A DNA stretch of 64,000 bases, from NCBI GenBank assembly GCA_041891055.1, contig CP169074.1, positions 832,001-896,000 on the forward strand. Direction: 5' to 3'. Every line of letters begins with the position of its first letter. The first letter of the stretch is position 1. Positions 49,662 through 60,201 of the stretch are shown in pieces. Under the pieces are notes generated by a model. The model saw nothing but the letters and a program-made list of their open reading frames with translations. It was not told the origin of the DNA and made no database searches. The DNA is from Halorutilales archaeon Cl-col2-1. Lineage in GTDB: Archaea > Halobacteriota > Halobacteria > Halobacteriales > Afararchaeaceae. A program made the position numbers and the translations under genes.

Positions 49662-49726
49662 ACCGAATGAATAGACGTTACGAGAGACAGATCAAGCTTA
49701 GGTTTCAGCGTTTGGGTGGCTGAGAC

Positions 49727-51208
49727 TCAGACGAGGGAATCGCCTGTCATATCGTCGGGTGCCTCAATCCCGAGTAACTCTAGGAGGCTCGGAGCGATGT
49801 CGCGAAGCTCTCCGTGTCTCCCGACCTCGCCTTCTCCGTCTATATGTATGAAGGGCGCGGGGTTGAAGGTATGTGCGGTATGTGGGTCGTCATGATTCCC
49901 CATCTCGTCGGCGTTTCCGTGGTCGGCTGTCACGATAACCTCGGCTCCGTCCTCGACGAGAGCGTTGACGAGCTCTCCCGCACACGAGTCGACGAACTCA
50001 CACGCCTCGACGGCGGCTTCGTAGTCTCCCGTGTGTCCTACCATATCGGGGTTAGCGTAGTTGAGTATGAGGAGGTCGTACTCTCCGACGGCTTCGAGTG
50101 CCTCGTCGGTGACCTCACGCGCGCTCATACGGGGTGTCTCGTCGTAGGTCTCGACGTCAGGGCTCGGAACTATGACACGCTCCTCACCCTCGAAGGGCTC
50201 CTCTCTGCCTCCGTTGAGGAAGTAGGTCACGTGGGCGTACTTCTCGGTCTCAGCTATCCGCATCTGTGTCATTCCCTCGTCCGAGACGACTTCGCCTAAG
50301 ACGTTCTTGGGCTCGACGGGGTCGAAAGCTACGTCTAAGCCGTACTCGGAGTCGTACTCGGTCATCGTAGTAAAGTCGAGGTCGAGAGATGGATACTCCC
50401 GGGTGTCCCAAGAGTCGGAGTCTATGCCGTTCAGCATACGCGTAAGCTGGCGCGCCCTGTCGGCACGGAAGTTGAAGAAGACGACTGAGTCGCCGTCTTC
50501 GAGAGCGGGAGCGTCTTCGACGACTGTCGGCTCGACGAACTCGTCTGTCTCTCCCCTGTCGTAGGCTTCCTCGACCGCCTCGCTGGCTGTCTCGGCGTCT
50601 CTGCCCTCGCGCTCAACTATCGCGTCGTAAGCCATGCCCGTGCGTTCCCATCTCTCGTCCCTGTCCATCGCGTAGTAACGTCCCGAGACCGTCGCAACCG
50701 TCGCATCTGTCTCGTCCGCCTTCTCCTCTAACTCCTCGATATAACCGAGAGCACTCTTCGGAGGAGTGTCACGTCCGTCGAGGAAAGCGTGTACGACCGC
50801 CTCGCGTCGGTGGTCTTGTGCCATCTCTAAGAGGGAGTGGAGATGTCTCTGTGCCGAATGTACACCGCCGTCGCTCACGAGTCCCATGAGATGGAGACGG
50901 TCTCCCGACTCGACCGCATCGACGAGTGCTTCGTTCTCGAAGAAGGAGCCGTCGTCTATAGACTCGTCTATCCGTTTTATGGGCTGTCTGACTATCCTCC
51001 CCGCGCCTATGTTGAGATGTCCGACCTCGGAGTTTCCCATCTGACCCTCAGTGAGACCGACGGAGGGTCCGTGTGTCGTGAGAAGACCGAACCTGCCCTC
51101 GCGTCTCCATCTGTCGAAGTTGGGTGTCTCGGCGTTTGCGACCGCATTCCCCTGAGTCTCGTCACGTATTCCCCAGCCGTCGAGTATTATGAGCGCGGCG
51201 TGAGTCAT
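49727..51208 (-). CDS. gpmI: 2,3-BPG-independent phosphoglycerate mutase
   Basis: ILDGWG, MGNSEVGH, SDGGVHS, FNFRADR, AETEKYAHVT, NPDMVGHTG, TADHGN. Confidence 0.95.
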   Translation of the reverse strand: MTHAALIILDGWGIRDETQGNAVANAETPNFDRWRREGRFGLLTTHGPSVGLTEGQMGNSEVGHLNIGAGRIVRQPIKRIDESIDDGSFFENEALVDAVESGDRLHLMGLVSDGGVHSAQRHLHSLLEMAQDHRREAVVHAFLDGRDTPPKSALGYIEELEEKADETDATVATVSGRYYAMDRDERWERTGMAYDAIVEREGRDAETASEAVEEAYDRGETDEFVEPTVVEDAPALEDGDSVVFFNFRADRARQLTRMLNGIDSDSWDTREYPSLDLDFTTMTEYDSEYGLDVAFDPVEPKNVLGEVVSDEGMTQMRIAETEKYAHVTYFLNGGREEPFEGEERVIVPSPDVETYDETPRMSAREVTDEALEAVGEYDLLILNYANPDMVGHTGDYEAAVEACEFVDSCAGELVNALVEDGAEVIVTADHGNADEMGNHDDPHTAHTFNPAPFIHIDGEGEVGRHGELRDIAPSLLELLGIEAPDDMTGDSLV

Positions 51209-51319
51209 TTCTGGTTCTTGTTGAGTATCGAGACGTAGAAGATATAACAGTTCTGTATCTGTATCTCGTGTGCTGCGGTATCTATGGTGTTTTTAGTCCT
51301 CGACGCGTATGTAGTTTAG

Positions 51320-52807
51320 GTGAAAGTATTGGTACTGGCACGTCGCAGCCGTCTCGTCTTGCTCATCTCCGTAGCCCTGTGTCTTGTCTCTGTGTCTGGA
51401 CCCGCATCCGCCGAGATAGGCGAAGTAGACGGCTACTCCCATGACGACAGACTCGACATAAACACCTCCGACGGACTCTCCGACAACGAGGCGGAGGCTC
51501 TCGTCTCACGTAGCATGGCACGTGTCGAGTACATACGCGGGGTTGAGTTTAACTCGGAGATTCCCGTGAGGAGTATATCACGGTCGGAGTACCACGACAG
51601 GATGTCGGAGAGGGAGAGAAGATCTAACAGTAACAGAAACAGTAGTCTCTCCGACTGGAACAACCAGGTCTGGGAAGCCCTCTTCATAGTCGGAGAGAAC
51701 GACGACATCACCGACGAGATACACGGCGTCATCAACTCGAACGTCATAGGCTACTACTCCCCCGAGAACGACACCGTCTTCCTCGTGAGCGGTGCCTCGA
51801 AGATAGACGAGTCGACACTCGTCCACGAACTCGTCCACGCCCTCCAGGATCAGAGAGGTAAGCTTGAGGAGTTCAGAAACACGTCACTTCTCACACAGGA
51901 TCAGCAGCTCGCGTCGGACGCAGTCGTGGAGGGCGAGGCGAACTACATCATGTACAGGTACGAGGAGAGATGCGGCGACGGATGGGACTGCCTCGAAGGC
52001 GGATCGTCGTCGACGTCGGGGTCAGGGTCAGACGTCAACCTCGGTGTACTGATGACTATGTACGAGCCCTACTCAGACGGTCCCGGATACGTAGCCTCGC
52101 TCGTCGAAGACCGAGATGGGTACAGATGGAGCCGTCTCGAAGAAAGGTACGACGACCCGCCCGAGACGACTGAGGAGGTCATACATCTCGGTGGCTCAGG
52201 CGACGTCCCCGAGATTGAGTTCAACGACACGTCGTCACGTAACTGGAGTCTCTACGAACACGGCTACGACACAGTCGGCGAGGCGTCTGTCTTCACGATG
52301 TTCTGGTACCAGAGCTACAGATACGGGATCGATGCCACCAACACATCGGACTTCAGACAGCCCTCACGTCGGTACGGTATCTACAGATACGTCAGCCGAG
52401 CCTCCGCTGGATGGGGCAACGACAGAGTCTATCCCTACAAGACAGACGGCGGCGGGAACGGTTACGTCTGGAAGACTGTCTGGGACTCCAAGAGCGACGC
52501 CGACGAGTTCTACGACGCCTACACAGAGGTTCTCGAAGGACACGGAGCCGAGAGACACGGAGAGGCGTGGGTGATACCCGACGGCGAGTTCGCCGACGCT
52601 TTCCACGTCACGAAGGATGGAAAGACAGTAAAGATCGTCAACGCGCCCGACATCGAGAGTCTGAGCGGGATAGACCAGAGTATAGAGAGGTCAGAGCCAG
52701 TCAGAGGTGTCTCAGTGGGATTTGGGACGCCCGAGAGGATAGCCGTCGGGGTCTTTGTCGTCTTCGTGGCTCTCTTATCGGCGGCAGCATACCTCGGACG
52801 TGACTGA
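51320..52807 (+). CDS. Hvo_1808-like surface protein with HExxH motif
   Basis: Signal peptide; MARVEYIRG; HELVHALQDQ; EGEA; C-terminal VGFG plus TM. Confidence 0.8.
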   Translation: MKVLVLARRSRLVLLISVALCLVSVSGPASAEIGEVDGYSHDDRLDINTSDGLSDNEAEALVSRSMARVEYIRGVEFNSEIPVRSISRSEYHDRMSERERRSNSNRNSSLSDWNNQVWEALFIVGENDDITDEIHGVINSNVIGYYSPENDTVFLVSGASKIDESTLVHELVHALQDQRGKLEEFRNTSLLTQDQQLASDAVVEGEANYIMYRYEERCGDGWDCLEGGSSSTSGSGSDVNLGVLMTMYEPYSDGPGYVASLVEDRDGYRWSRLEERYDDPPETTEEVIHLGGSGDVPEIEFNDTSSRNWSLYEHGYDTVGEASVFTMFWYQSYRYGIDATNTSDFRQPSRRYGIYRYVSRASAGWGNDRVYPYKTDGGGNGYVWKTVWDSKSDADEFYDAYTEVLEGHGAERHGEAWVIPDGEFADAFHVTKDGKTVKIVNAPDIESLSGIDQSIERSEPVRGVSVGFGTPERIAVGVFVVFVALLSAAAYLGRD

Positions 52808-52855
52808 TACACCGGGCGCGCCAGATTCAAATACTTTCGTCTGGGAGTAAGTCGC

Positions 52856-55342
52856 ATGTCCAGAGTCCTCTGGTTCGACGAGATAGGATCGGGTGACACG
52901 GCGTCAGTCGGAGGGAAAAGTGCTAACTTAGGTGTCCTCGCAAACGAGGTCGACGTCCCCGTTCTCCCGGGATTTGCGACCACCGCCGAAGCCTACGACG
53001 ACTACATAAGACACAACGACCTAGACGACGAGATACGTGAGACTCTCTCGGGGATCGACACCCACGACACAGCCGACCTCCGGAGACGTGGCAGTAAGAT
53101 ACGTTCACTCATACTCGGTGGCGAGATGCCGGACGACCTCCGCGACGAGATAGCCGAGTCTTACTCCGAGCTCAGCGACCGTCTCGGGGTCGAGAACCCC
53201 GGCGTAGCCGTGCGTTCATCTGCGACCGCGGAGGATCTCCCGGGGGCTTCTTTCGCGGGACAGCAGGAGACCTTTCTCAACATCTCGGGGGAGGAAGAAG
53301 TAGTCGAGAGCGTCAAGGGATGTTACGCCTCCCTCTTCACTGACAGGGCTATCTCGTACAGGGAGGACAAGGGATTCGACCATCTCGAAGTCAAGCTCTC
53401 AGCCGCTGTCCAGAAGATGGGGAACGCAGGTGAGGGGGTCTCGGGAGTGACCTTCACGATAGACCCCGACACGGGTTTCGAGAACGCCCTCGTCATAAAC
53501 GCGAGCTACGGCTTCGGCGACCTCGTCGTACAGGGGGAGATCAACCCCGACGAGTTCACAGTCTTCAAGCAGAACCTCGGTATTATAGAGAGAAGGCTCG
53601 GCGACAAGCAGGAGAAGCTCGTTAGACGCGAGGGAGAAAACGTCAGTGTCGAAGTGCCAGACGAAGACTCGGGGTCTTTCTGTGTCTCCGACGAACGGGT
53701 CAGAGAGGTAGCAGAGTACGGAATGCGTGTCGGGGAGCATTACGGCAGACCCATGGACGTCGAATGGATACTCGACGGGGACACCGACGAGGTTTTCGTG
53801 ATACAGGCGAGACCCGAGACTGTCGAGTCGGAACGTGACCCGAACGTAGTAGAGAAGTACCGTCTCAGGGACGAGTCGGAGGTCTTGTCGAGAGGCAGCG
53901 CGGTAGGGTCGAGGATAGGTGCGGGAGTCGCACGCGTCTTAGAGTCGCCGGAAGAGATCGACGAGTTCGGTGAAGACGAGGTTCTGGTTACTTCGAGAAC
54001 AGACCCCGACTGGGAGCCCATAATGAAGAAAGCCGCGGCGATAGTCACAGACAAGGGCGGAAGGACGTCCCACGCCGCGATAGTCTCGCGCGAACTCGGT
54101 ATTCCGGCTGTGATAGGAACCGACGACGGTACTTCTGTGATAGAGACGGGCGACGAGGTCACAGTCGACGCCTCGGAGTCGGAGGGAAAGGTCTGGTCGG
54201 GGATTCTCGACTTCGAGGTCGAGACACACAGACTCGACGAGATTCCGGAGACAGATACTGAGGTTCTCGTCAACATAGGTGTGCCGTCTAAGGCGTTCGA
54301 GGTCGCACAGCTTCCCGTAGACGGAGTGGGTCTCGCACGTGAGGAGTTCATAATCTCGTCGGAGGTCGGCGTACATCCTCTCAAGCTGATGGAGGAGGGA
54401 AGAGAGGACGAGTACGTCGAGTCTCTCAGGTCGGGAGTCGGGAAGATAGGAGCGGCGTTCTACCCCGACGACGTCGTACTCCGTCTCAGCGACTTCAAGT
54501 CGGACGAGTACGCCGAGCTCAGAGGAGGAGACGAGTACGAGACCGAGGAGTCGAACCCGATGCTCGGATTCAGGGGGGCGGCGCGTTACTACGACGACGA
54601 GTTCTCGGCGGCGTTCGAACTCGAATGTAGAGCCATAAGGAAGGCGATAGACAGCCTCGGACTCGACAACCTCAAGGTGATGGTGCCGTTCTGCCGAACC
54701 GTCGAGGAGGGCGAGAGGGTACGTGAGAAGATGAAGGAGTACGGTCTCGACGAGGGCGACATGGATATCTACGTCATGGCTGAGGTTCCGTCGAATGTCG
54801 TCGCCGCCGACGGCTTCGCGCAGAACTTCGACGGCTTCTCTGTCGGAACCAACGACCTGACACAGCTTACACTCGGTGTCGACAGGAACAGCGACAGGCT
54901 CTCGGAACTCTTCGACGAGAGGGACGTCGCTGTCAAGAGATCGGTGAGATCGCTCGTAGAGAAGGCGAAGATACTGGGTCTCCACACCGGAATCTGTGGC
55001 GACGCTCCGAGCACACACGAAGGATACGCTGAGTTTCTCGTCGAGACGGGTATAGACTCGGTCTCAGTCTCGTCGGACGTCGCCCTCGAAACTATACTAC
55101 GTGTCGCGGAGGCGGAGGGAGAGATGGACGGAACGGTAGAGTCAGATATAGATATGGTCGGCTGTGTGAGGGAAGTCATCGAAGTCCTCGGAGAGGAAAA
55201 GGCCACGTCAGAAGAGCTGAGTCAGAAGACGGGGATGGATACAGAGGACGTCTCTCAGGCACTCGGCTGGCTCCTCAACGAGAACTGGGTCGAAGTCGAA
55301 AAAGGACACAGAAAGAAGGAATACAGCCTGTGTCTCTACTGA
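52856..55342 (+). CDS. ppsA: Phosphoenolpyruvate synthase with about 72-aa C-terminal extension
   Basis: GGKSANLG, RSSATAEDL..SFAGQ, TSHAAIVSRE, NPMLGFRG, GTNDLTQ, GICG. Confidence 0.95.
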   Translation: MSRVLWFDEIGSGDTASVGGKSANLGVLANEVDVPVLPGFATTAEAYDDYIRHNDLDDEIRETLSGIDTHDTADLRRRGSKIRSLILGGEMPDDLRDEIAESYSELSDRLGVENPGVAVRSSATAEDLPGASFAGQQETFLNISGEEEVVESVKGCYASLFTDRAISYREDKGFDHLEVKLSAAVQKMGNAGEGVSGVTFTIDPDTGFENALVINASYGFGDLVVQGEINPDEFTVFKQNLGIIERRLGDKQEKLVRREGENVSVEVPDEDSGSFCVSDERVREVAEYGMRVGEHYGRPMDVEWILDGDTDEVFVIQARPETVESERDPNVVEKYRLRDESEVLSRGSAVGSRIGAGVARVLESPEEIDEFGEDEVLVTSRTDPDWEPIMKKAAAIVTDKGGRTSHAAIVSRELGIPAVIGTDDGTSVIETGDEVTVDASESEGKVWSGILDFEVETHRLDEIPETDTEVLVNIGVPSKAFEVAQLPVDGVGLAREEFIISSEVGVHPLKLMEEGREDEYVESLRSGVGKIGAAFYPDDVVLRLSDFKSDEYAELRGGDEYETEESNPMLGFRGAARYYDDEFSAAFELECRAIRKAIDSLGLDNLKVMVPFCRTVEEGERVREKMKEYGLDEGDMDIYVMAEVPSNVVAADGFAQNFDGFSVGTNDLTQLTLGVDRNSDRLSELFDERDVAVKRSVRSLVEKAKILGLHTGICGDAPSTHEGYAEFLVETGIDSVSVSSDVALETILRVAEAEGEMDGTVESDIDMVGCVREVIEVLGEEKATSEELSQKTGMDTEDVSQALGWLLNENWVEVEKGHRKKEYSLCLY

Positions 55343-55734
55343 TCCCTGTCCGTGTCGAGGCTCAACTCGGGCTCCCTCAGGATTAGCTCGGTGCCGTCTC
55401 TCTCGGAGCTACGGGCTCTGCGTTTAGCTTCGCGGTTTATCCGCCGGAGGTAGTCGACGTCGATACCTCTGTAAGTCGACGGTATCTCTTCGAGGTATAT
55501 CAGGGCACTCGTCGAGAGGCTCCTGACTCCCTCGGGATTGCCTCTCGTGAGATGGACATAGACCGCCGCAGTCTGTATCAGACCCTGGAGGAAGTTCTTG
55601 TTGTCACCCACGACTCCGTGCCACTCGTCCTCCCAGACCTCGTGAGCCTCGAAGTACTCGCCTTCGTTGAAGAGACGGACACCCTCGGCTAGGTCGTCGG
55701 TAATACGATCGTGGTCGTGGAATTTGTCTGACAT
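55336..55734 (-). CDS. DUF309 family protein
   Basis: G..LFN.GEYFEAHEVWE..W, QGLIQ.A. Confidence 0.9.
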   Translation of the reverse strand: MSDKFHDHDRITDDLAEGVRLFNEGEYFEAHEVWEDEWHGVVGDNKNFLQGLIQTAAVYVHLTRGNPEGVRSLSTSALIYLEEIPSTYRGIDVDYLRRINREAKRRARSSERDGTELILREPELSLDTDRDQ

Positions 55735-55735
55735 A

Positions 55736-55966
55736 TCAGTGCCTGTAAAGCTGTATTCTCTCGTCGCCTCTTACGACACAGAAGCTGAAAGGCTTGTCGG
55801 GGCTGAACGAGTTACACGTCTCCCCCGACTCCATCACGACCTCGAACTCACGTCCACACGCCGGACAGTCGAGTCCCTTCATGTTCCTGAAAGACCTCTT
55901 CGTGCCGGCGTCCTTCACGAGCTTGAGCTTACGTCTCTCGGAGTCGAGGTCGATAGGCGAGCACAT
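55736..55966 (-). CDS. Small CPxCG zinc-finger-type protein
   Basis: CPACG plus further Cys; 76 aa. Confidence 0.7.
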   Translation of the reverse strand: MCSPIDLDSERRKLKLVKDAGTKRSFRNMKGLDCPACGREFEVVMESGETCNSFSPDKPFSFCVVRGDERIQLYRH

Positions 55967-55980
55967 CTCTCGAATCTGAG

Positions 55981-57225
55981 CTAAGACCTTATCTTCTCGG
56001 CGACGAGTTCAGCGAACTCACTAGTCGAGACCTTCTCTCCGCCGTCTATCTGTCTGTGGATGTCGTAGGTAACTGTTCCGTCCTGTATCGTCTCCTCGAC
56101 TGCGTCCCTGACGAGATCGGCGGCGTCGTCCCAGCCGAACTCCTCGAGCATTATACGTCCCGTGAGTATCATCGCGGTCGGGTTGACCTTGTCCTCTCCG
56201 GCGTACTTCGGCGCGCTTCCGTGGACGGGCTCGAAGACCCCTAAGACGTCGCCTATGTTACTACCGGGTGCGACACCGAGACCTCCGACCTGTCCCGCGG
56301 CGGCGTCCGAGAGGTAGTCGCCGTTGAGGTTGGGAAGAGCGAGTATGTCGTACTCGTCTGTACGTGTCAGGATCTGCTGGAGCATGTTGTCGGCTATCCT
56401 GTCCTTTATGACGACCTTGTCGTCGGGCTTCTCGCCGTCGTACTCGTCCCAGAGCTCGTCTTCTGTGATGACCTTCTCGGGGAACTCGTCCTCGGCGAGT
56501 TCGTAGCCCCAGTCACGGAAGGCACCCTCGGTGAACTTCATTATATTGCCCTTGTGGACAAGTGTGACCGAGTCGCGGTCTCTGTCTATCGCGTACTCTA
56601 TCGACTTCCTCACGAGCCTCTTAGTCTTGTGTTCGCTTATGGGCTTGACACCGATTCCGGCGTCGTCGGGTATGTCACAGTCCATCTCGTCGTTGAGGAA
56701 CTCCCTGACGTCGTCGACATCGTCGGTTCCCTCCTCCCACTCGATTCCGGCATAGACGTCCTCGGTAGCCTCCCTGAAGACGACCATGTCCATCTCCTCG
56801 GGCGACTTGACGGGCGAGGGGACTCCGTCGAGGTAGTAGACTGGACGTATGTTGGCGTAGAGGTCGAGACCCTTACGTATCGCGACGTTGAGTGAGCGGA
56901 ATCCCGCGCCGACGGGTGTCGTGAGGGGTCCTTTGAGGGCGACCTTGAAATGGCGTATCGCGTCGAAGGTCTCGTCGGGGAGGAGCTCTCCGTACTCGTC
57001 CTCGGCGCGCTCCCCGGCGTAGATCTCGGTCCAGTGTATCTCGCGTCCCGTCTCCTCGGCGGCGGCGTCGAGAACCTTCCTCGCAGCGGGCGAGACGTCC
57101 TGTCCTATGCCGTCTCCCGTGATGTAGGGAACTATCGGGCTGTCGGGGACTACGAGGTCTTCGTCCTCGACCTGTATGACCTCTCCGTCTTCTGGTACTT
57201 CTACGTTGTCGAAATCGGCTGCCAT
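55981..57225 (-). CDS. icd: Isocitrate dehydrogenase (NADP-type)
   Basis: GDGIG, KGPLTTPVG.GFRSLN, HKGNIMKFTEG, NLNGDY, HGSAPKYAG. Confidence 0.96.
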   Translation of the reverse strand: MAADFDNVEVPEDGEVIQVEDEDLVVPDSPIVPYITGDGIGQDVSPAARKVLDAAAEETGREIHWTEIYAGERAEDEYGELLPDETFDAIRHFKVALKGPLTTPVGAGFRSLNVAIRKGLDLYANIRPVYYLDGVPSPVKSPEEMDMVVFREATEDVYAGIEWEEGTDDVDDVREFLNDEMDCDIPDDAGIGVKPISEHKTKRLVRKSIEYAIDRDRDSVTLVHKGNIMKFTEGAFRDWGYELAEDEFPEKVITEDELWDEYDGEKPDDKVVIKDRIADNMLQQILTRTDEYDILALPNLNGDYLSDAAAGQVGGLGVAPGSNIGDVLGVFEPVHGSAPKYAGEDKVNPTAMILTGRIMLEEFGWDDAADLVRDAVEETIQDGTVTYDIHRQIDGGEKVSTSEFAELVAEKIRS

Positions 57226-57246
57226 ACTACAGACTGAGTCGCGCGT

Positions 57247-57741
57247 CTAATGGTTCTTGCGCTCTCGGGCTTCGCGTCCGAGTGAGACAAGGGTCTCGAA
57301 GGTCGAGTACGTGAAGGTAATATGTGTCAGTTCGTCGTCGTCGGGTAGGGAGCCGAAGACATCTACGGCGTCGACCTCGTCGTCGGTCTCACGCACCTCG
57401 TCGCCTATCTCCCCGACGAAGGCTCTTCCCTCGATGACGTGGTCTTCTCCCTCGACGTCGTAGGTCTCTTCTATGACGGCGAAGGGATCGGGGTCGACGA
57501 GTTCATAACCCGTCTCCTCCTCGAACTCCCTCGCCGCCGCGTCGGCGTAGGTCTCTCCGTCCTCAACCTTTCCGCCGGGTATCTCCCATCCCCTGTCGTC
57601 GTCGGAGTTCCTGACGAGAACGAAGTCCCCCGAGTCGTCGAAGGCTACCGAGAGCGAGAAGGCGTCGTGTGACGGAGGTCTGTCGGCGCTCGTAGAAGTC
57701 TCAATTAGATCCAGACGTCTCTCGTCTGTCTCCTGTTCCAT
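57247..57741 (-). CDS. NUDIX hydrolase
   Basis: PGGKVEDGET...AAAREFEEETG Nudix box. Confidence 0.9.
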   Translation of the reverse strand: MEQETDERRLDLIETSTSADRPPSHDAFSLSVAFDDSGDFVLVRNSDDDRGWEIPGGKVEDGETYADAAAREFEEETGYELVDPDPFAVIEETYDVEGEDHVIEGRAFVGEIGDEVRETDDEVDAVDVFGSLPDDDELTHITFTYSTFETLVSLGREARERKNH

Positions 57742-57924
57742 GTCACGTATTCGATGCCCAGTAGTATCAAGCTTAGGTTTAAGTTGTCATACGTCCGTCT
57801 TACTTTTTTCAGGTCGAAATTAACAGAAAGTATTTATCTGACGCATACGTTCTTGCGTATGTGGAGCCAAAGAATTGGCACCACGTGCCCTCCTTCCTGG
57901 GGTCTTAGAGACCCCGTCTGAGAA

Positions 57925-60201
57925 TCACAGTTGACTAACTTGTAATTTGTCCCGAATGTAGTCGAGAGGCGATCTGAGACTGACAGCGAAGCCGAGACGT
58001 TTAGTCTCACGTACTGTAGAGTCGGCGTCGTCTACCGCCGCCTTAACGTCGGTAGCCGGGACACCGTCGGAGTAGGCTGACCTCTCGTGTGCCTCTATAA
58101 GCGCGGGCAGTTCGCCCTCCCCGAGAGTCCTCTCGACGTAGTCACGGAAGGTCTCGCCACGCCGTCTCCGACCGTGTCTACGTGAGATAGCCGCCTCAGC
58201 ACGCCGTCTTGCGGTCGAGACTGTGCGCGACCGTGCTTCGTGGCTCCGTGTCGACGTGACCTGAAGCCTCAGACGGAGCCGCTTGGCTACGTCTCCGAAG
58301 AAACCTGTGAGATGGAGAACGACGGCAGTGACTCCCAGAGACAGAGCCTCGGATACGGAGACGGGTATCCCGGAAGAGACGACGGAGAGTAGAGAGGCGT
58401 CGGATTCGGAGTTACTGTACCCCGCCCTGACTGTCGTATTTTCGGAAGAAGTAGACGTGTTAGTCGTCTGGTCGGAGGAGTCGGTGGTGTTAGTCGCGCT
58501 CGTGTTCGGGTCGGTCGGCGGTGTCTGTCTATCGGTCTGTGTCTCGTTTGGGCTCGGAATGTCGGTAGACGGCGGAGGGGTTCTTCCGGGAACCATCAGA
58601 GCCTCCTGTGTCTCGCGCGGAGCCGAGGGAGTGGGGTCGAAGTCGACCCAGCCGACGTCGGGGAAGTAGACCTGTACCCAGGCGTGTGAGTCGACGCCTC
58701 TCTGTCCCCAGGTGTCCTCGCCGACCGAGTCTCCCGGGAGGTATCCCGTGACGTATCTCGCGGGAACCCCCTGTGTGCGTAACATGGCTGTCATAGAAGT
58801 CGCGTAGTAGACACAGTATCCCTCCTCCATCCCGAAGACGAACGAGTCAGCGACCCCGCCGCGTGTCGAGTTAGGTCTCTCGACCTGTAACGAGTACTCC
58901 TTGTTGGTCTCAAGCCAGTCCTCGACCGACTCCGCCTTCGCGTACGCAGTCGGGTCGCCACGTGTGATATCGGAGGTCTTCTCGGCGAGTCTCTCGGGTA
59001 CCGTCTCGGGAGTCTGGAGGTACCTCTCACGTATCTCGGGAGGATACTCCGAGGACGAGGACGACAGTGCCTCTACGACCCTTCTGTTTTCGGGAGCCAC
59101 GCCGCTCGTGACCCTGTAAGAAATGTCGGTGTCAGTCTCGGAGGTCTCGGAGGTCTCGGAGGCTTCGAGGTATCCGTCGGTGGAGATAGTAGGACCGCCC
59201 TCGACGTCCACGGGCTTGTAGACAGAGGGTCGTATCCCGAGACCCGACGAGTTGAGGTTTACTCTCTGGGTCACGAAGTCTCTTACCTCGGGAGGTGGCT
59301 GTGCTCTGGTCGATGTCGAAGCCGACTGTGTCCTCACCCAGCTCTCTCCCGAGTACCTGTCGTAGACCGAGACGACCATGTACTCGGGTACTCTCTCCGA
59401 CTCGATCGTGTAGATCCGACGTGTCGTGAGATCCGCCCCCTCGGAGATGTCGTAGGTGTCGGACGCCTTCGCAAAGCCCGTACTTACCCCGGATCCGCCG
59501 CTACCACCGTCGCCTCTTCCATCTCCCCCGAGTATTCCGGTCTCGTCGCCGGGTACAGCCGTCACCACGAGAGGCGACGCCGCGACGACTAATAGGGTGA
59601 GGAGGACAGTCGTATACGCCGACTTCGGAGGGCGTTGATCCTCGGCTAGACGGTCGATCTCGCCGAATCCGACGGCTGATATACCCCCCGTGACTCCGAG
59701 GAGTACGAGAGTCGAGTCGGCGTCTCCGGTCAGGACGAAGAAGCCGAGGACGGCACCCGCGACTCCCGTCGCTCCGACGTATCTCGTCGTGAGGACGAGG
59801 TAGACCGAGACGAAGAGTGGTATCGGGACGAAGAAGACCGACCAGACGCCAGCGTTGAGTATCCTCATCACCGACATACTCCCCGTCGCAAATCCGACGG
59901 CGTCGGAGACTAAGTGGTTTAGACTGAATACACCGGGAGGGAGTGTCGTGAGATAGACCGCGGCGGAGACAGACGAGACGGCGACCCCGACAGCCGCGAG
60001 TCGGCGTGTGTCGACCTCCGAGAGACGTGAGAACGAGGCTCCGACACCGAGTCCTACGGCTGCGGCTGATACGCCGAGGAAGACTGTCGAGTTTCCCGTC
60101 ACCGAAGCTATACGTCTCAGAGTCTCGAAGAAGGAGTAGACTAAAAGACCCGCCCCGGCTGTCGCAAGAAGACGTGGGATGCCGACTTTGGGAGTCTTCA
60201 G
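57925..60201 (-). CDS. Transglutaminase-like membrane protein (TgpA/DUF3488-DUF4129 type)
   Basis: Triad GYCVYYA, HAWVQV, FDPT; N-terminal TMs; frame open to CTG at 60201 (ORF track start 60102). Confidence 0.88.
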   Translation of the reverse strand: MKTPKVGIPRLLATAGAGLLVYSFFETLRRIASVTGNSTVFLGVSAAAVGLGVGASFSRLSEVDTRRLAAVGVAVSSVSAAVYLTTLPPGVFSLNHLVSDAVGFATGSMSVMRILNAGVWSVFFVPIPLFVSVYLVLTTRYVGATGVAGAVLGFFVLTGDADSTLVLLGVTGGISAVGFGEIDRLAEDQRPPKSAYTTVLLTLLVVAASPLVVTAVPGDETGILGGDGRGDGGSGGSGVSTGFAKASDTYDISEGADLTTRRIYTIESERVPEYMVVSVYDRYSGESWVRTQSASTSTRAQPPPEVRDFVTQRVNLNSSGLGIRPSVYKPVDVEGGPTISTDGYLEASETSETSETDTDISYRVTSGVAPENRRVVEALSSSSSEYPPEIRERYLQTPETVPERLAEKTSDITRGDPTAYAKAESVEDWLETNKEYSLQVERPNSTRGGVADSFVFGMEEGYCVYYATSMTAMLRTQGVPARYVTGYLPGDSVGEDTWGQRGVDSHAWVQVYFPDVGWVDFDPTPSAPRETQEALMVPGRTPPPSTDIPSPNETQTDRQTPPTDPNTSATNTTDSSDQTTNTSTSSENTTVRAGYSNSESDASLLSVVSSGIPVSVSEALSLGVTAVVLHLTGFFGDVAKRLRLRLQVTSTRSHEARSRTVSTARRRAEAAISRRHGRRRRGETFRDYVERTLGEGELPALIEAHERSAYSDGVPATDVKAAVDDADSTVRETKRLGFAVSLRSPLDYIRDKLQVSQL

